A DNA stretch of 64,000 bases, taken from contig NC_087245.1 of assembly GCF_037042905.1 (NCBI RefSeq), forward strand, positions 40,984,001 through 41,048,000, read 5' to 3'. Position numbers and translations under genes: made by a program. The DNA is from Lytechinus pictus. Its lineage: Eukaryota. Shown here in pieces: positions 49,842-63,204 of the stretch. The notes under the pieces were generated by a model, which worked only from the letters and a program-made list of their open reading frames with translations, made no database searches and was not told the DNA's origin. Every line of letters starts with the position of its first letter. The stretch's first letter is position 1.

Positions 49842-52800
49842 AAATGCAGCTCCTCGGTAATTATGCCCCCGCAGACAAAGTCCGGAGGGGGCATTAAGCG
49901 TTGCCCCTGTCCGTTGATTCGCCCGCCCCCCCCCCCCCACTTGGTTTCCGCGCAATAAATCGAAATATATTTCGATTTATATATATTGATTAAAAAAATT
50001 TTGGTGTGTAGGTATGTGACACCATAGTACAGGCTAACTTTGAATTCGGAGTCTGCAGGTCCAAGGTCACAGCTCATGAAATATCCGAGTTGGTTTCCAC
50101 ATGATGACTTATGAAATATTCTACATATTTAAACGAATTTGAGTGTGTAGGTAGATGACACCAAAATACAGGTTAAGTTCGAATTCGTAGTCGGCAGGTC
50201 AAAGGTCACGGCTCATTAAATATGCAATTTAGTTTCCACATGATTACTTTAAAAATATTCTACATATTTAAACAAATTTGAGTGTGTAGGTAGATGATAC
50301 CAATACAGGCTAAGTTCGAATTCGGAGTATGCAGGTCAAAGATCACAGCTCCTTAAAGATATCTTATGAAATATGCAACAGATTTTTAAAAAATTTGGGT
50401 GTGTAGGTAGATGATGATGATGATGCACAGCATTTTTACAGCGGCGTAACAGGGTTCGGTGGCCAGGGGGGGGGGGGCAAGAGCCAAAAATTTCCCGGTC
50501 ATATCATGGTATGAATAGGCGTAATGGTGTAATAAGGCGACTATTTTGAGAAATGCAGCTCCTTGGTAATTATGCCCCCGCAGACAAAGTCCGGAGGGGG
50601 CATTAAGCGTTGCCCCTGTCCGTTGATTCGCCCGCCCCCCCCCCCACTTGGTTTCCGCGCAATAAATCGAAATATATTTCGATTTATATATATTGATTAA
50701 AAAAAATTTTGGTGTGTAGGTACATGACACCATAGTACAGGCTAACTTTGAATTTGGAGTCTGCAGGTCCAAGGTCACAGCTCATGAAATATCCGAGTTG
50801 GTTTTCGCATGATGACTTATTAAATATTCAACAGATTTATAAAAATTATGGTGTGTAGGTAGATGACACCAAATACAGGCTAAGTTCGGAGTCGGCAGGT
50901 CAAAGGTCACGGCTCATTTAATATGCAATTTAGTTTCCGCATGATTACTTATGAAATATTCTAAATATTTAAACGAATTTGAGTGTGTAGGTAGATGACA
51001 CCAAAATACAGGTTAAGTTCGAATTCGTAGTCGGTAGGTCAAAGGTCACGGCTCATTAAATATGCAATTTAGTTTCCGCATGATTACTTTAAAAATATTC
51101 TACATATTTAAACAAATTTGAGTGTGTAGGTAGATGATGATGATGATGCACAGCATTTTTACAGCGGCGTAACAGGGTTCGGTGGCCAGGGGGGGGGGGG
51201 GGCAAGAGCCAAAAATTTCCCGGTCATATCATGGTATGAATAGGCGTAATGGTGTAATAAGGCGACTATTTTGAGAAATGCAGCTCCTTGGTAATTATGC
51301 CCTCGCAGACAAAGTCTGGAGGGGGCATTAAGCGTTGCCCCTGTCCGTTGATTCGCCCGCCCCCCCACTTGGTTTCCGCGCAATAAATCGAAATATATTT
51401 CGATTTATATATATTGATTTAAAAAAATTTTGGTGTGTAGGTACATGACACCATAGTACAGGCTAACTTTGAATTCGGAGTCTGCAGGTCCAAGGTCACA
51501 GCTCATGAAATATCTGAGTTGGTTTTCGCATGATGACTTATGAAATATTCAACAGATTTATGAAAATTATGGTGTGTAGGTAGATGACACCAAATACAGG
51601 CTAAGTTTGGAGTCGGCAGGTCAAAGGTCACGGCTCATTAAATATGCAATTTAGTTTCCGCATGATTACTTATGAAATATTCTAAATATTTAAACGAATT
51701 TGAGTGTGTAGGTAGATGACACCAAAATACAGGTTAAGTTCGAATTCGTAGTCGGCAGGTCAAAGGTCACGGCTCATTAAATATGCAATTTAGTTTCCAC
51801 ATGATTACTTTAAAAATATTCTACATATTTAAACAAATTTGAGTGTGTAGGTAGATGATACCAATACAGGCTAAGTTCGAATTCGGAGTATGCAGGTCAA
51901 AGATCACAGCTCCTCAAAGATATCTTATGAAATATTCAACAGATTTTTAAAAAATTTGGGTGTGTAGGTAGATGATGATGATGCACAGCATTTTTACAGC
52001 GGCGTAACAGGGTTCGGTGGCCAGGGGGGGGGGGGCAAGAGCCAAAAATTTCCCGGTCATATCATGGTATGAATAGGCGTAATGGTGTAATAAGGCGACT
52101 ATTTTGAGAAATGCAGCTCCTTGGTAATTTTGCCCCCGCAGACAAAGTCCGGAGGGGGCATTAAGCGTTGCCCCTGTCCGTTGATTCGCCCGCCCCCCCA
52201 CTTGGTTTTCGCGCAATAAATCGAAATATATTTCGATTTATATATATTGATTAAAAAAAAAATTGGTGTGTAGGTACATGACACCATAGTACAGGCTAAC
52301 TTTGAATTTGGAGTCTGCAGGTCCAAGGTCACAGCTCATGAAATATCCGAGTTGGTTTTCGCATGATGACTTATGAAATATTCAACAGATTTATAAAAAT
52401 TATGGTGTGTAGGTAGATGACACCAAATACAGGCTAAGTTCGGAGTCGGCAGGTCAAAGGTCACGGCTCATTAAATATGCAATTTAGTTTCCGCATGATT
52501 ACTTATGAAATATTCTAAATATTTAAACGAATTTGAGTGTGTAGGTAGATGACACCAAAATACAGGTTAAGTTCGAATTCGTAGTCGGTAGGTCAAAGGT
52601 CACGGCTCATTAAATATGCGATTTAGTTTCCGCATGATTACTTTAAAAATATTCTACATATTTAAACAAATTTTAGTGTGTAGGTAGATGATACCAATAC
52701 AGGCTAAGTTCGAATTCGGAGTATGCAGGTCAAAGATCACAGCTCCTTAAAGATATCTTATGAAATATTCAACAGATTTTTAAAAAATTTGGGTGTGTAG

Positions 52801-52950
52801 GTAGATGATGATGTTGATGATGCACAGCATTTTTACAGCGGCGTAACAGGGTTCGGTGGCCAGGGGGGGGGAGGGCAAGAGCCAAAAATTTCCCGGTCAT
52901 ATCATGGTATGAATAGGCGTAATGGTGTAGTAAGGCGACTATTTTGAGAA
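49842..52950. repeat. Tandem array of four units (709, 725, 833, ~842 bp)
   Basis: Units start AAATGCAGCTCC at 49842, 50551, 51276, 52109; near-identical, differing in the number of ~130-bp subrepeats. Confidence 0.92.
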
Positions 52951-53528
52951 GGCCAGAACTTATCTTTAAAAAAAGTTGCGAGCGAGCGAAGCGAGCGAGC
53001 AATTTTTTTTTACCTTTTTAATACAAAAATCCAATTTTGTGATAGATTTTGACATGATATCCAGATAATAAATTTATTTAATTCTTCTCTCTTTAGATTC
53101 CTTTTTTGTCACGGTGGTCTGTACGCGCCACTGTGAAGAGGATTATTTGCGGCAGTAGCGTGAAGAGTAAAGAACAAAACAAAAAAACAACGAGGGGCGC
53201 AGTATAGAACATGTGCCAAAAGGCTGCTTTATATATATATATATATAAGTCCTGAGCGAGCGAAGCGAGCGAGAAAAAAAATCAACTTTTCATGAGAATA
53301 TAACTTTGAGCTATTTTTTAACATATTCAGTAATTAAAATCATATCCTACAATACTTTTCCAACAAAAAAGGAGGTAATTCCTCCTTTTTTTTTAAATAT
53401 TCCATTTTCAGTAGCCAAATAGAGATGAAAATTATCCTATTTGGGAGGGTAACCATGGACCTGGGCCTTTACTGTGTATTTACAGTAAACTCTTACTAAA
53501 TGAACAAATATATAAAAAATTAGGTTTA

Positions 53529-54274
53529 CCCTACATAATAATCCTGGGCTACTTTTAGATTGCATAGCCCGGGGGGGGGAGGCTTTTTGGTCCCCCTCTT
53601 CAGATCTCCGTCGATCGCAACGAAAACCAATACACACGTCACCATCAATGTAATCTGCAAGCATGGAGCTAAGGGTGTATCGCTGATTTTACAGAATTTA
53701 AATTTATTTTTAATAAATTAATAATGCTAATTTATGCCTAAATATAGAATTCTCTGCTTTAAAGGTAAATCTCTAAATAATTCCCCAAATTCTATGATTT
53801 CTAAACAAATGTGCTCCTGAAAAAAATGGTAAATCAAATTTCTAATCTTATGTATTTTATTGGTTTTATAATTCCATACGTATTTCTTAGTTTTGGGGCC
53901 TTATGTATTTTATTGGTTTTTTTCAATGGGATCACTTCGTGGTACTATTCCAATTATAAAAAGCAAAGATTTGATTATTTTCAACCAATCAGTGCAAGAA
54001 TAATGATGCATTTGTCAATTATGACTGAAAACAGAATTTCCATTGGATTAAATATGTATACAAAATAATATTTTTTAGCAATTTTTGGTCCAACATAAAC
54101 TCATAAAATGTTGGGTAACTGCGTATCCGGGCGTCTCGAATTTGGTCTCAAAAGCTCTGCGAGAATTGAACGGAAAAAAAAATTGTGGTACCTCGTTTCT
54201 CATTGTGGACTTATCGTGAAAAATGTGGATAAGGGGGCTTATTAAGCCCCCCCCCCCCCAGGGGCTAGATAGGG
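53529..54274. mobile_element. piggyBac-like MITE
   Basis: TTTA|CCCT...AGGG|TTAA; repeated in rearranged form at 55497-57874. Confidence 0.7.
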
Positions 54275-55360
54275 TTAATATATCATCATGAATATAAAAA
54301 AAAAAACATTTATTTTGTTGCAAGTCACTGGAAAAGGTTTGATTCCTAAATAAATATTATTCTTCATGTATTATCAAATATTTAATTGAAAAATTTTAAG
54401 CTATCTTTTCATTCGATGTATTAAGCGCTATATAAAAGCGGATTATTATTATTATTATTAGGTTTTATCATAATTTTACTTTTTGAAAATTATGCTATTT
54501 TGTGACTAAGGCTACGTTTCATGTACTTTCCACCAATAGTATACGATATCAATGGATTCTAGTTAATCCTTTTGGGTAAGATTGGAACTAACTCTGTGTT
54601 TGGTAGATAAAGTTATATGACTAACTTGTCCAAGTGTTGAGAAACGGGCCCCTGCTGAGTACATGTAGGCCTAGAGTTTTTATGCCCCCACAGACGAAGC
54701 CCAGAGGGGGCATTAAGCGTTGCCCCTGTCCGTCCCCCCCCCCACTTGGGTTTCCGCGCAATAACTCGAAAAATATTTAATGGATTTAAAAAAAATTTTG
54801 GTGTGTAGGTAGATGACCACAAAATACAGGCTAAGTTCGAATTCGGAGTCCGCAGGTCAAAGGTCACATCTCATTATATATGCAAGTCGGTTCAAAGGTC
54901 TGAATTTGTTAATTATATATATATGCATATTGGTTTCTGTATGATATTAAGTTCAATCATATTGAATGGATTTCTGATCGCGTTAAGCAGGGGCATCTGT
55001 GTCCTTTGGACACGTCAAATTTTCTTAATTATGTGTAATTGATTTTATGACATGTGTTTACATTTGCTGCAGATTCCCATTCAGCCGTTGGACTGAACCG
55101 GTACTGTAACACAGTATGGATGGTCAATATGAAGCGAGCTTCATTGAATTCTTCCAAGAGCTTTGTACTCCGTTTTGCTCATTTTGAAGATGGTAGCTTT
55201 GACAGGACTGGGCAAGTGACACGTCTTAGACAGGATGCTGTCCCAACCATATTTGATTTCCTGCCTCGTCTTCAGAAGGTAGAGTAGATCTATATCATAC
55301 ATGTGTTCTAAAGAAATATTTTCTCTGTATTATCTACCTTTGGTTTGATAGAACATTGCT

Positions 55361-58015
55361 TTAAATATTCCATTTTCAGTAGCCAAATAGAGATGAAAAT
55401 TATCCTATTTGGGAGGCTAACCATGGACCTGGGCCTTTACTGTGTATTTACAGTAAACTCTTACTAAATGAACAAATATATTAAAAATTTGGTTTACCCT
55501 ACATAATAATCCTGGGCTACTTTTAGATTGAATAGCCCGGGGGGGGGGGGGAGGCTTTTTGGTCCCCCTCTTCAGATCTCCGTCGATCGCAACGAAAACC
55601 AATACACACGTCACCATCAATGTAATCTGCAAGCATGGAGCTAAGGGTGTATCGCTGATTTTACAGAATTTAAATTTATTTTTAATAAATTAATAATGCT
55701 AATTTATGCCTAAATATAGAATTCTCTGCTTTAAAGGTAAATCTCTAAATAATTCCCCAAATTCTATGATTTCTAAACAAATGTGCTCCTGAAAAAAATG
55801 GTAAATCAAATTTCTAATCTTATGTATTGGTTCTATAATTCCATACGTATTTCTTAGTTTTGGGGCCTTATGTATTTTATTGGTTTTTGTCTCGCCTGCA
55901 TAGCAGAGCGAGACTATAGGCGCCGCTTTTCCGACGGCGGCGGCGGCGTCAACATCAAATCTTAACCTAAGGTTAAGTTTTTGAAATGACATCATAACTT
56001 AGAAAGTATATGGACCTAGTTCATGAAACTTGGGAATAAGGTTAATCAAGTATTAGTAAACATCCTGCTCGAGTTTCAGGTCACGTGACCAAGGTCAAAG
56101 GTCATTTAGGGTCAATGAACTTTGGTCAAGTTGGGGGTATTTGTTGAATTACTATCATAACTTTGAAGATTTATGGATCTAGTCCATGAAACTTGGACAT
56201 AAGGTTAATCAAGTATTAGTGAACATCCTGCCTGAGTTTCAGGTCACATGACCAAGGTCAAAGGTCATTTAGGGTCAATGAACTTTTGCCAAGTTGGGGG
56301 TATTTGTTGAATTACCATCATAACTTTGAAAATTTATGGATTTAGTTCATGAAACTTGGACATTAGGTTAATCAAGTACCACTGAATATCCTGTGCGAGT
56401 TTCAGGTCACATGACCATGGTGAATGGTCATTTAAGGTCAATGAACTTTGGCCGTGTTGGGGGTATATGTTAAATTACCATCCTAGCTCTGAAAGTTTAT
56501 GGATCTAGTTCATAAAACTTGGACATAAGAGTAATCAAGTATCACTGAACATCCTGTACGAGTTTCAGGTCACATGACCATGGTCAAAGGTCATTAAAGG
56601 TCAATGAACTTTGGCCGTGTTGGGGGTATTTGTTGAATTACCATCCTAACTATGAAAGTTTATGGATCTAGTTCATAACACTTGGGATATAAGAGTAATC
56701 AAGCATCACTGAACATCCCCTGTGAGTTTCAGGTCACAAAACCAAGTCAAAGGTCAGTTAAGGTCAATAAACTTAGGCCATGTTGGGGTAATTGTTGAAG
56801 TGCCATCATAACTTTGAAAGTTTATGGATAGAGTGAATGAAATGTGGACATGGGTGTAGTTGACAGTCTTAAGTCTCCGTTCAAATGTCATTTATGGTCA
56901 ATGAACGTGGTATTATGTCATTATATGAATGATGTTTTTGTGAATGATTATTTTATAGTAGTTTTCAAAGTTAGCACTGCTGCTATATTAAATTGCGTAA
57001 TGCAGGCGAGACTGCCAGAGGCGTTCCACTTGTTTTTCAATGAGATCACTTCGTGGTACTATTCCAATTATAAAAAGCAAAGATTTTATTATTTTCAACC
57101 AATCAGTGCAAGAATAATGATGCCTTTGTCAATTATGACTGAAAATAGAATTTCCATTGGATTAAATATGTATACAAAATAATATTTTTGAGCAGATTTT
57201 GATATTATGGTATTGTAGATAATGCCATGGGTAACGCGCGTGCCAATTTTCGTCGCGATTGCGAGATCAACGGCCGAGATCATAAGGGGGGCTGAATCAG
57301 CCCCCCCCCCCCCGTCTTCTTAGGCGTCGAAATAGCCCAGTCTATTTAGGGTTAAAGATAAATCCCTAAATAATTCCCCAAATTCTATGATTTCTAAACA
57401 AATGTGCTCCTGAAGAAATGGTAAATCAAATTTCTACTTTTATGTATTTTATTGGTTCTATAATTCCATACGTATTTCTTTGTTTTGGGGCCTTATGTAT
57501 TTTATAGTTTTTTTTCAATGGGATCACTTCGTGGCACTATTCCAATTATAAAAAGCAAGATTTGATTATTTCCAACCAATTACTGCAAGAATAATGATGC
57601 ATTTGTCAATTATGACTGAAAATAGAATTTCCATTGGATTAAATATGTATACAAAATAATATTTTTGAGCAATTTTCGGTCCAACATGAACTCATAAAAT
57701 GTTGCGTAACTGCGTATCTGGGCGTCTCGAATTTTGTCTAAAAGCTCTGCGAGAATTGAACGAAAAAAAAAATTGTGGTACCTCGTTTCTCATTGTGGAC
57801 TTATCGTGAAAAATGTGGATGGGGGGGCTTATTAAGCTTATTAAGCCCCCCCCCCCCCCCGGGGCTAGATAGGGTTAATATATCATCATGAATATTTAAA
57901 AAAAAAACATTTATTTTGTTGCAAGTCACTGGAAAAGGTTTGATTCCTAAATAAATATTATTCTTCATGTATTATCGAATATTTAATTGAAAATTTTAAA
58001 GCTATCTTTTCATTC
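55361..58015 (+). repeat. Rearranged direct duplicate of 53393-54414
   Basis: Both start TTAAATATTCCATTTTCAGTAGCC and end GCTATCTTTTCATTC; this copy carries extra insertions. Confidence 0.85.
55889..57032 (+). mobile_element. Non-autonomous Helentron/HINE-like element with 163-bp core repeats
   Basis: SubTIR GTCTCGCCTGCA / TGCAGGCGAGAC, 5' internal IR GCGAGAC, (GGC)n, cores at 56022/56185/56348/56511/56674, inserted in a T-run. Confidence 0.8.
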
Positions 58016-60526
58016 TTCTATCTGTTTTTGTTCAATATTTCTTATATGTTTCTTTTTTTTAATTCATTCATCTCGTACAGAGTTCATCCAAGCCAAGGAA
58101 TTCCCCGAAAGAAAGACGTTTTGATTCAGCAAACAACCTCCCAGATACTGCAAAGTCTTCAGCACCTTCATTTCTCGAGGACCACTCCTACTCAATATCA
58201 GAAAGTCAAAGAGGGGTAAAGTGGAAGATAACAGCAATAATGGACTATTAAAAACTTGGAGAAGAGGCTGAAACCACACAGCAGAAGTCCCGCCGTGTAC
58301 ATTACTTGCTCTTAAGTTTGGACAAACATGACTCGCAAAACTTTACAACAAATAATTTACGCTATGTGCATTCTGATTATTTAAAATAGCTCAATGAAAA
58401 AGTTTACCACTGGGCATGTAACAAAAGTGCATTCATTAAATTTGAACGTGTTGCAAAAATGATGTCTTACAGTATATTCATTCTGACTTAGAATGTCAGA
58501 AGAGAAAAAAGTTTGTGAAAAGTAGGAATGACAGCAAGCTGACAGAAGAATAGAACAGGATAGAACAAGGCGATAGTTATGAATGAGCTGTTGGATAGAG
58601 ACAAAAAGATGAATTAAGAATGGGGGTGATAGAGAAAGAGAGACGGGTGTTGGGGGAGCCTGTGATCAATGCCTGAGAAAGCGAAGATTACCATAATTTT
58701 TTTAAGGATTTGAACAGTCAGGAAGAATCTGGGGTTTTTTTTCTGTTGGTATTTCTCAAAATACTTGTATGTTTTATGTAACGAAACGGGTATAATCCTT
58801 CGGAAGTTTCACTCACACAGAAAATATTAACTAAACAAAAGAAAAAAAGCCAAATAATTCACTGATTTTCAATTGTTCAGTAACTCTCATATCCAAAGTG
58901 CCCCCCCCCCCATCATTTCAATGTATTGGAGAGAGAGTATGAACGGGACATGGCTGTCTGCAGAAAAAAAAATACGGGGGGGGGGCAAAATTTTTTTGGG
59001 ATATGTGCAAGGGAGCGAAGCGACAGCAGAAAATTATTTTGCAATATATGCGAGAGAGCGAAATGACAGAGAAGAAAAATGCAAGAGACAAGAGATTTGG
59101 GGAATATGTGAGAGGGAGCGAAGTGACCAAGCAGAAGAAATGTAGAGGACATAAAATTGTTGGGGTATGTGAGGGAGCAAAGCAACCGATAAAAAAAGCA
59201 GGTCAAAATATTTTTTGTGAATGATTATTTTATAGTAGTTTTCAAAGTTAGCACTGCTGCTATATTAAATTGCGTAATGCAGGCGAGACTGCCAGAGGCG
59301 TTCCACTTGTTTTTCAATGAGATCACTTCGTGGTACTATTCCAATTATAAAAAGTAAAGATTTGATTATTTTCAACCAATCAGTGCAAGAATAATGATGC
59401 CTCTGTCAATTATGACTGAAAATAGAATTTCCATTGGATTAAATATGTATACAAAATAATATTTTTGAGCAGATTTTGATATTATGGTATTGTAGATAAT
59501 GCCATGGGTAACGCGCGTGCCAATTTTCGTCGCGATTGCGAGATCATAAGGGGGGCTGAATCAGCCCCCCCCCCCGAAATGAGCGAAATGACAGAGAAGA
59601 AAAATGCAAGGGACAAGAGATTTGGGGAATATGTGAAAGGGAGCGAAGTGACCAAGCAGAAGAAATGTAGAGGACATAAAATTGTTGGGGTATGTGAGGG
59701 AGCAAAGCAACCGATAAAAAAAGCAGGTCAAAATATTTTCGAATATGTGTGAGGAAGCGACTCGTTCACTCTTGAGCAGTAGGGACTTGTTTAAAAATAG
59801 CTTAAGAAATATGCGTTTTCTAAGCATGGTAAACACATATTGTAGGCCTACGGTAGAATTTAGGTGCTCTAAGAGTTAGATTCTGAATGAGCTGCATTTG
59901 CTGGTAAGACATGCGCAGAGGATCTTTGTCTTTCATCCATTTTCCACACTTTTCTTTTGATTTCAGTTTCCAGGCAGAAAGGCCCACCCTCCTGTGGATG
60001 CCAATGGGGCAGGGGATTATATGCTTAAAATGCCAATTTTTCTGGTTGGAATATCAAACATTATCCTGAGCTTCGCGCTCATTTTAAAAATTATGTATAA
60101 ACTATTAATGCTGATAAATACATTTAGATGTGCAGTGCTCTCTTGTAAAGCAGTTTTGTACTGAAGAGGCTACCCTGGGTAAATAAAACAGAATAAATGA
60201 ATAAAGAAATAAATAAAAATGATGTTTCTAATCTCAGACTTTCTTATGCCCCTATTTCACCCATTTTTACAATTCTTTGTTTCTCTTTTGATATCTAAAG
60301 TTCCGGTTTTTCCCTTTCTATCGTGCACTATTCTAAGCCCCAGCCCCACTGGCTTCCACAGGAGGGGGGGGGGGGGCTTCCCCTGAAAACTGAAATCAAA
60401 CAAAAGAAATTTGAAAAATAAAAATGGATAAGAGACACAGATCCTTGCCGCATGTCTTACCAGCCAATACAGTTCATTCAGAATTTGACTCGTAAAACAC
60501 CTAAATTCTACCGTAGGCCTATAATA

Positions 60527-61938
60527 GGTTTATTGCCATTTCGTCTACTGCCATTTTGTCCACTCACCAAATGGTATGTCATTTCATCTACCATCAGTTG
60601 TTCCTTTTCCACATCTTCCAATTACCATTTTGTCCAATAGCTAGTTCGTCTAATAACCAATTTGTCTACTTTCATTTGGTCTAATTGCATTTTTGGCCAA
60701 TTTGTCCAATAGCCACTTTGTCCATTTTCATTATGTCTATTACCATTTAGTCCAATAGCCAATTGGTCTAAGGGCAAATGGCCACTGACCACTTAGTCTA
60801 CTTACATTTTGTCTATGTTCCATTTTGTCCAACTGCAGTTGATCCACTGTCACTTAGTCTAAACCCATTTCATCTAACAATCATTTGGTCTAATCATCAA
60901 TGGGTCCAATTGCCATCCCGGTCAATATTCGTTTCGTCTACAATCAAATAGGAATAGTCTCCTACTAGCAGTCCTTCTAGTTTGGTGCCTGTGTATTGCT
61001 ACCTCGACTCCTGTTGCTCTTGTGATTTGTTATTAATTTTAATACACCTGTCGTTTGATTAATCTTTTATTAGTGTTTTTTTAAGCTCCATTGTAATACA
61101 TTTTATGTTTTTATGTAATGTTCTCCCCATCCTTTCCCACTTTTCTCTCTTTTTAATTTTTTTTGTACCGTCCAAGGCTGTTATCGTTATTATTATAGTA
61201 CATTTCTTGTTTATTAGTACTATCATTAATTACTATTATTACAATTATTATCATTGTTATATGATGAGTGATGATTATCATTTTTAGGTGTGCATTTGTA
61301 AAAAAAAAGAAATGAGGGTAAATTCCAAATCAAAGGACCCTATTTCAATTTTATCAATTTTAACCACTCCAATTCCCCCTTTTGTGTGCGTGATGTGGTA
61401 GAGAGAGCGGGGGGGGGGGGGGGTAGGAGGCTGCATGCTGTACCGCATCATTCCATTCCTGATAGCAGGCCTAGTTATATATTTTTTTATCTTCAGGAAT
61501 TTCAAGGTATATTTAAGAAGTCATTTCGTCCACCCCCCCGGATGATGCATTATATTTGTATTAGACAACATGGCTATTGGACCAATTGGCTATTAGACTA
61601 AATGACTATTGGACGATTTGAGAATTGGACGAACTGGGCGATTTGGTTGTTAGACAAACTGATTATTGGACCTAATGGGTGGTGGACGAAATGATAGACG
61701 AAATGACAATTATCCGGTAGATAATTTGGATATTGGACCAACTGATATTAGCCAACATGGCTTGGACTAAATGAACATTGGACGAACTGATTAATGGAGA
61801 TGGCATTAGCCTTAATAGAATTAGACTAAATGGGTGGTAAACGAAATTGCTATTGGACGAAATGGCATTTATAGACAAAATGAAGGTAGACCATGTGGTG
61901 AGTGGACTGTATGGCAGTAGACGAATTGGCAATTTACC
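60527..61938. mobile_element. MITE with ATTGCCA.TTCGTCTACTGCC TIRs and ~16-bp subterminal tandem motifs
   Basis: GTCTAA/GTCCAA motifs on the left (60540-60945) are mirrored by TTAGAC/TTGGAC on the right (61560-61930). Confidence 0.7.
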
Positions 61939-63204
61939 TTAAAATATGGGTTTACCATTCTTAGAAAACGCATGTTTCCTAAAACAAGTCCCTACCGCTC
62001 GGGAGTGAATGTGTCGCTCCCTCGCACATATTCCAAAATATTTTGACTGACCCTGGGTAAATAAAATAAACAATTACAAAAACAAAAATGTTGTTTTTAA
62101 TCTGAGACTTTTTAATGCCCCTCGAAAGTTCACCTGCTTTCTCACTCTCCCCCTCTCTATCTTTGTTTTTATTCATTTTCATTTTACAATTCTTTCTTTC
62201 TCTTTTGATATCTATAAAGTTCAGATTCACCCTCTCTAACTTGCACTATTCCAAGCCCCCGCCCCATTGGTATCCACAGGAATGGGGGGAGGGGGGCTTA
62301 CCCCCTGGAAAATAAATTCACACAAAAGAAAAATGTGAAAATAAAAATGGATAAAGACAAATAATCCTCTGCGCATGTCTAACCAGCCAATACAGTTCAT
62401 TCAGAATTTAACTCTTACAACACCTAAATTCTACCATATTATCAGTTTACCATGATTATAGAAAACGCATATTTCCTATGCCATTTTTAAACAAGTCCCT
62501 ATCGCTCGGGAGTGAACGTGTCGCGCACCAGCACAAATTCGAAAAATATTTTGATTGACCTGCTTTCTGGTTTTTTTTATCGGATGCTTTGCTCCCTCAC
62601 ACATACCACAATTTTTGTCCCTCTTTCCTTTTACTTCTGCTTGGTCACTTTGCTCCCTCTCACATATTCTCGAAATATTTTGGCCCCTGCATTTGTTCTT
62701 CTCGTCACTTTGCTCTCTCACATATGTCCCCAGAATAATTTTTCTGCTCGGTCGCTTCGCTCCCTTGAACATATCCTAAAAATGTTTTGCTCCCCCTGCA
62801 TTTTTTTCTGCAGACAGCCAATCCATTTCTCATCCAACCTCTCTCTCTCTCCAATACCTTGAAATGAGGGGGGGGGGGGGGTACTTTTGATATGAGAGTG
62901 TCTGAACAGTTGAAAATAAGTAAAATATAATTTGGCTTTTTTGTTTGTTTAGTTAATATTTTCTGAATGAGTGTATCTTACAAAAGGATTATACCCATTT
63001 CATTACATACAACATACACATATTTTGAGAAATACCAACAGAAAAAACATGTACTATTCATTACTGTCCAAATCCTCAAAAAAAATTATGGTAATGTTCG
63101 CTTTCTCAGGCATTCATCAAAGGCTCCCCCACACCTGTCTCTCTTTCTCTATCACCCTCAATCTCAATTCATCTTTTTGTCTCTATCCAACAGCTCATTA
63201 GTAA

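Larger units (their letters stand above)
48711..58297 (+). pseudogene. Decayed three-exon THAP-domain gene (exons ~48711-48771, 55073-55278, 58081-~58297)
   Basis: MPT*AAYNCSNR..|GTAAGT; then AG|.FPF...W..NMKR...HFEDGSFDRTGQVTRLRQDAVPTIF.F; then AG|SSSKPR...EDHSY followed by coiled-coil-like EKRLK..QQKSRR. Stops and frameshifts present. Confidence 0.72.

Noticed and set aside
50386..53002. Repeated minus-strand ORFs as a tandem gene family
   Set aside because: Chance frames in the tandem array, broken by variable G-runs.
55980..56850. Regularly spaced repeats as a CRISPR array (also 40420-40656, 48385-48530, 49842-52950)
   Set aside because: Whole units repeat with no unique spacers, no cas genes are present, and the context is eukaryotic.
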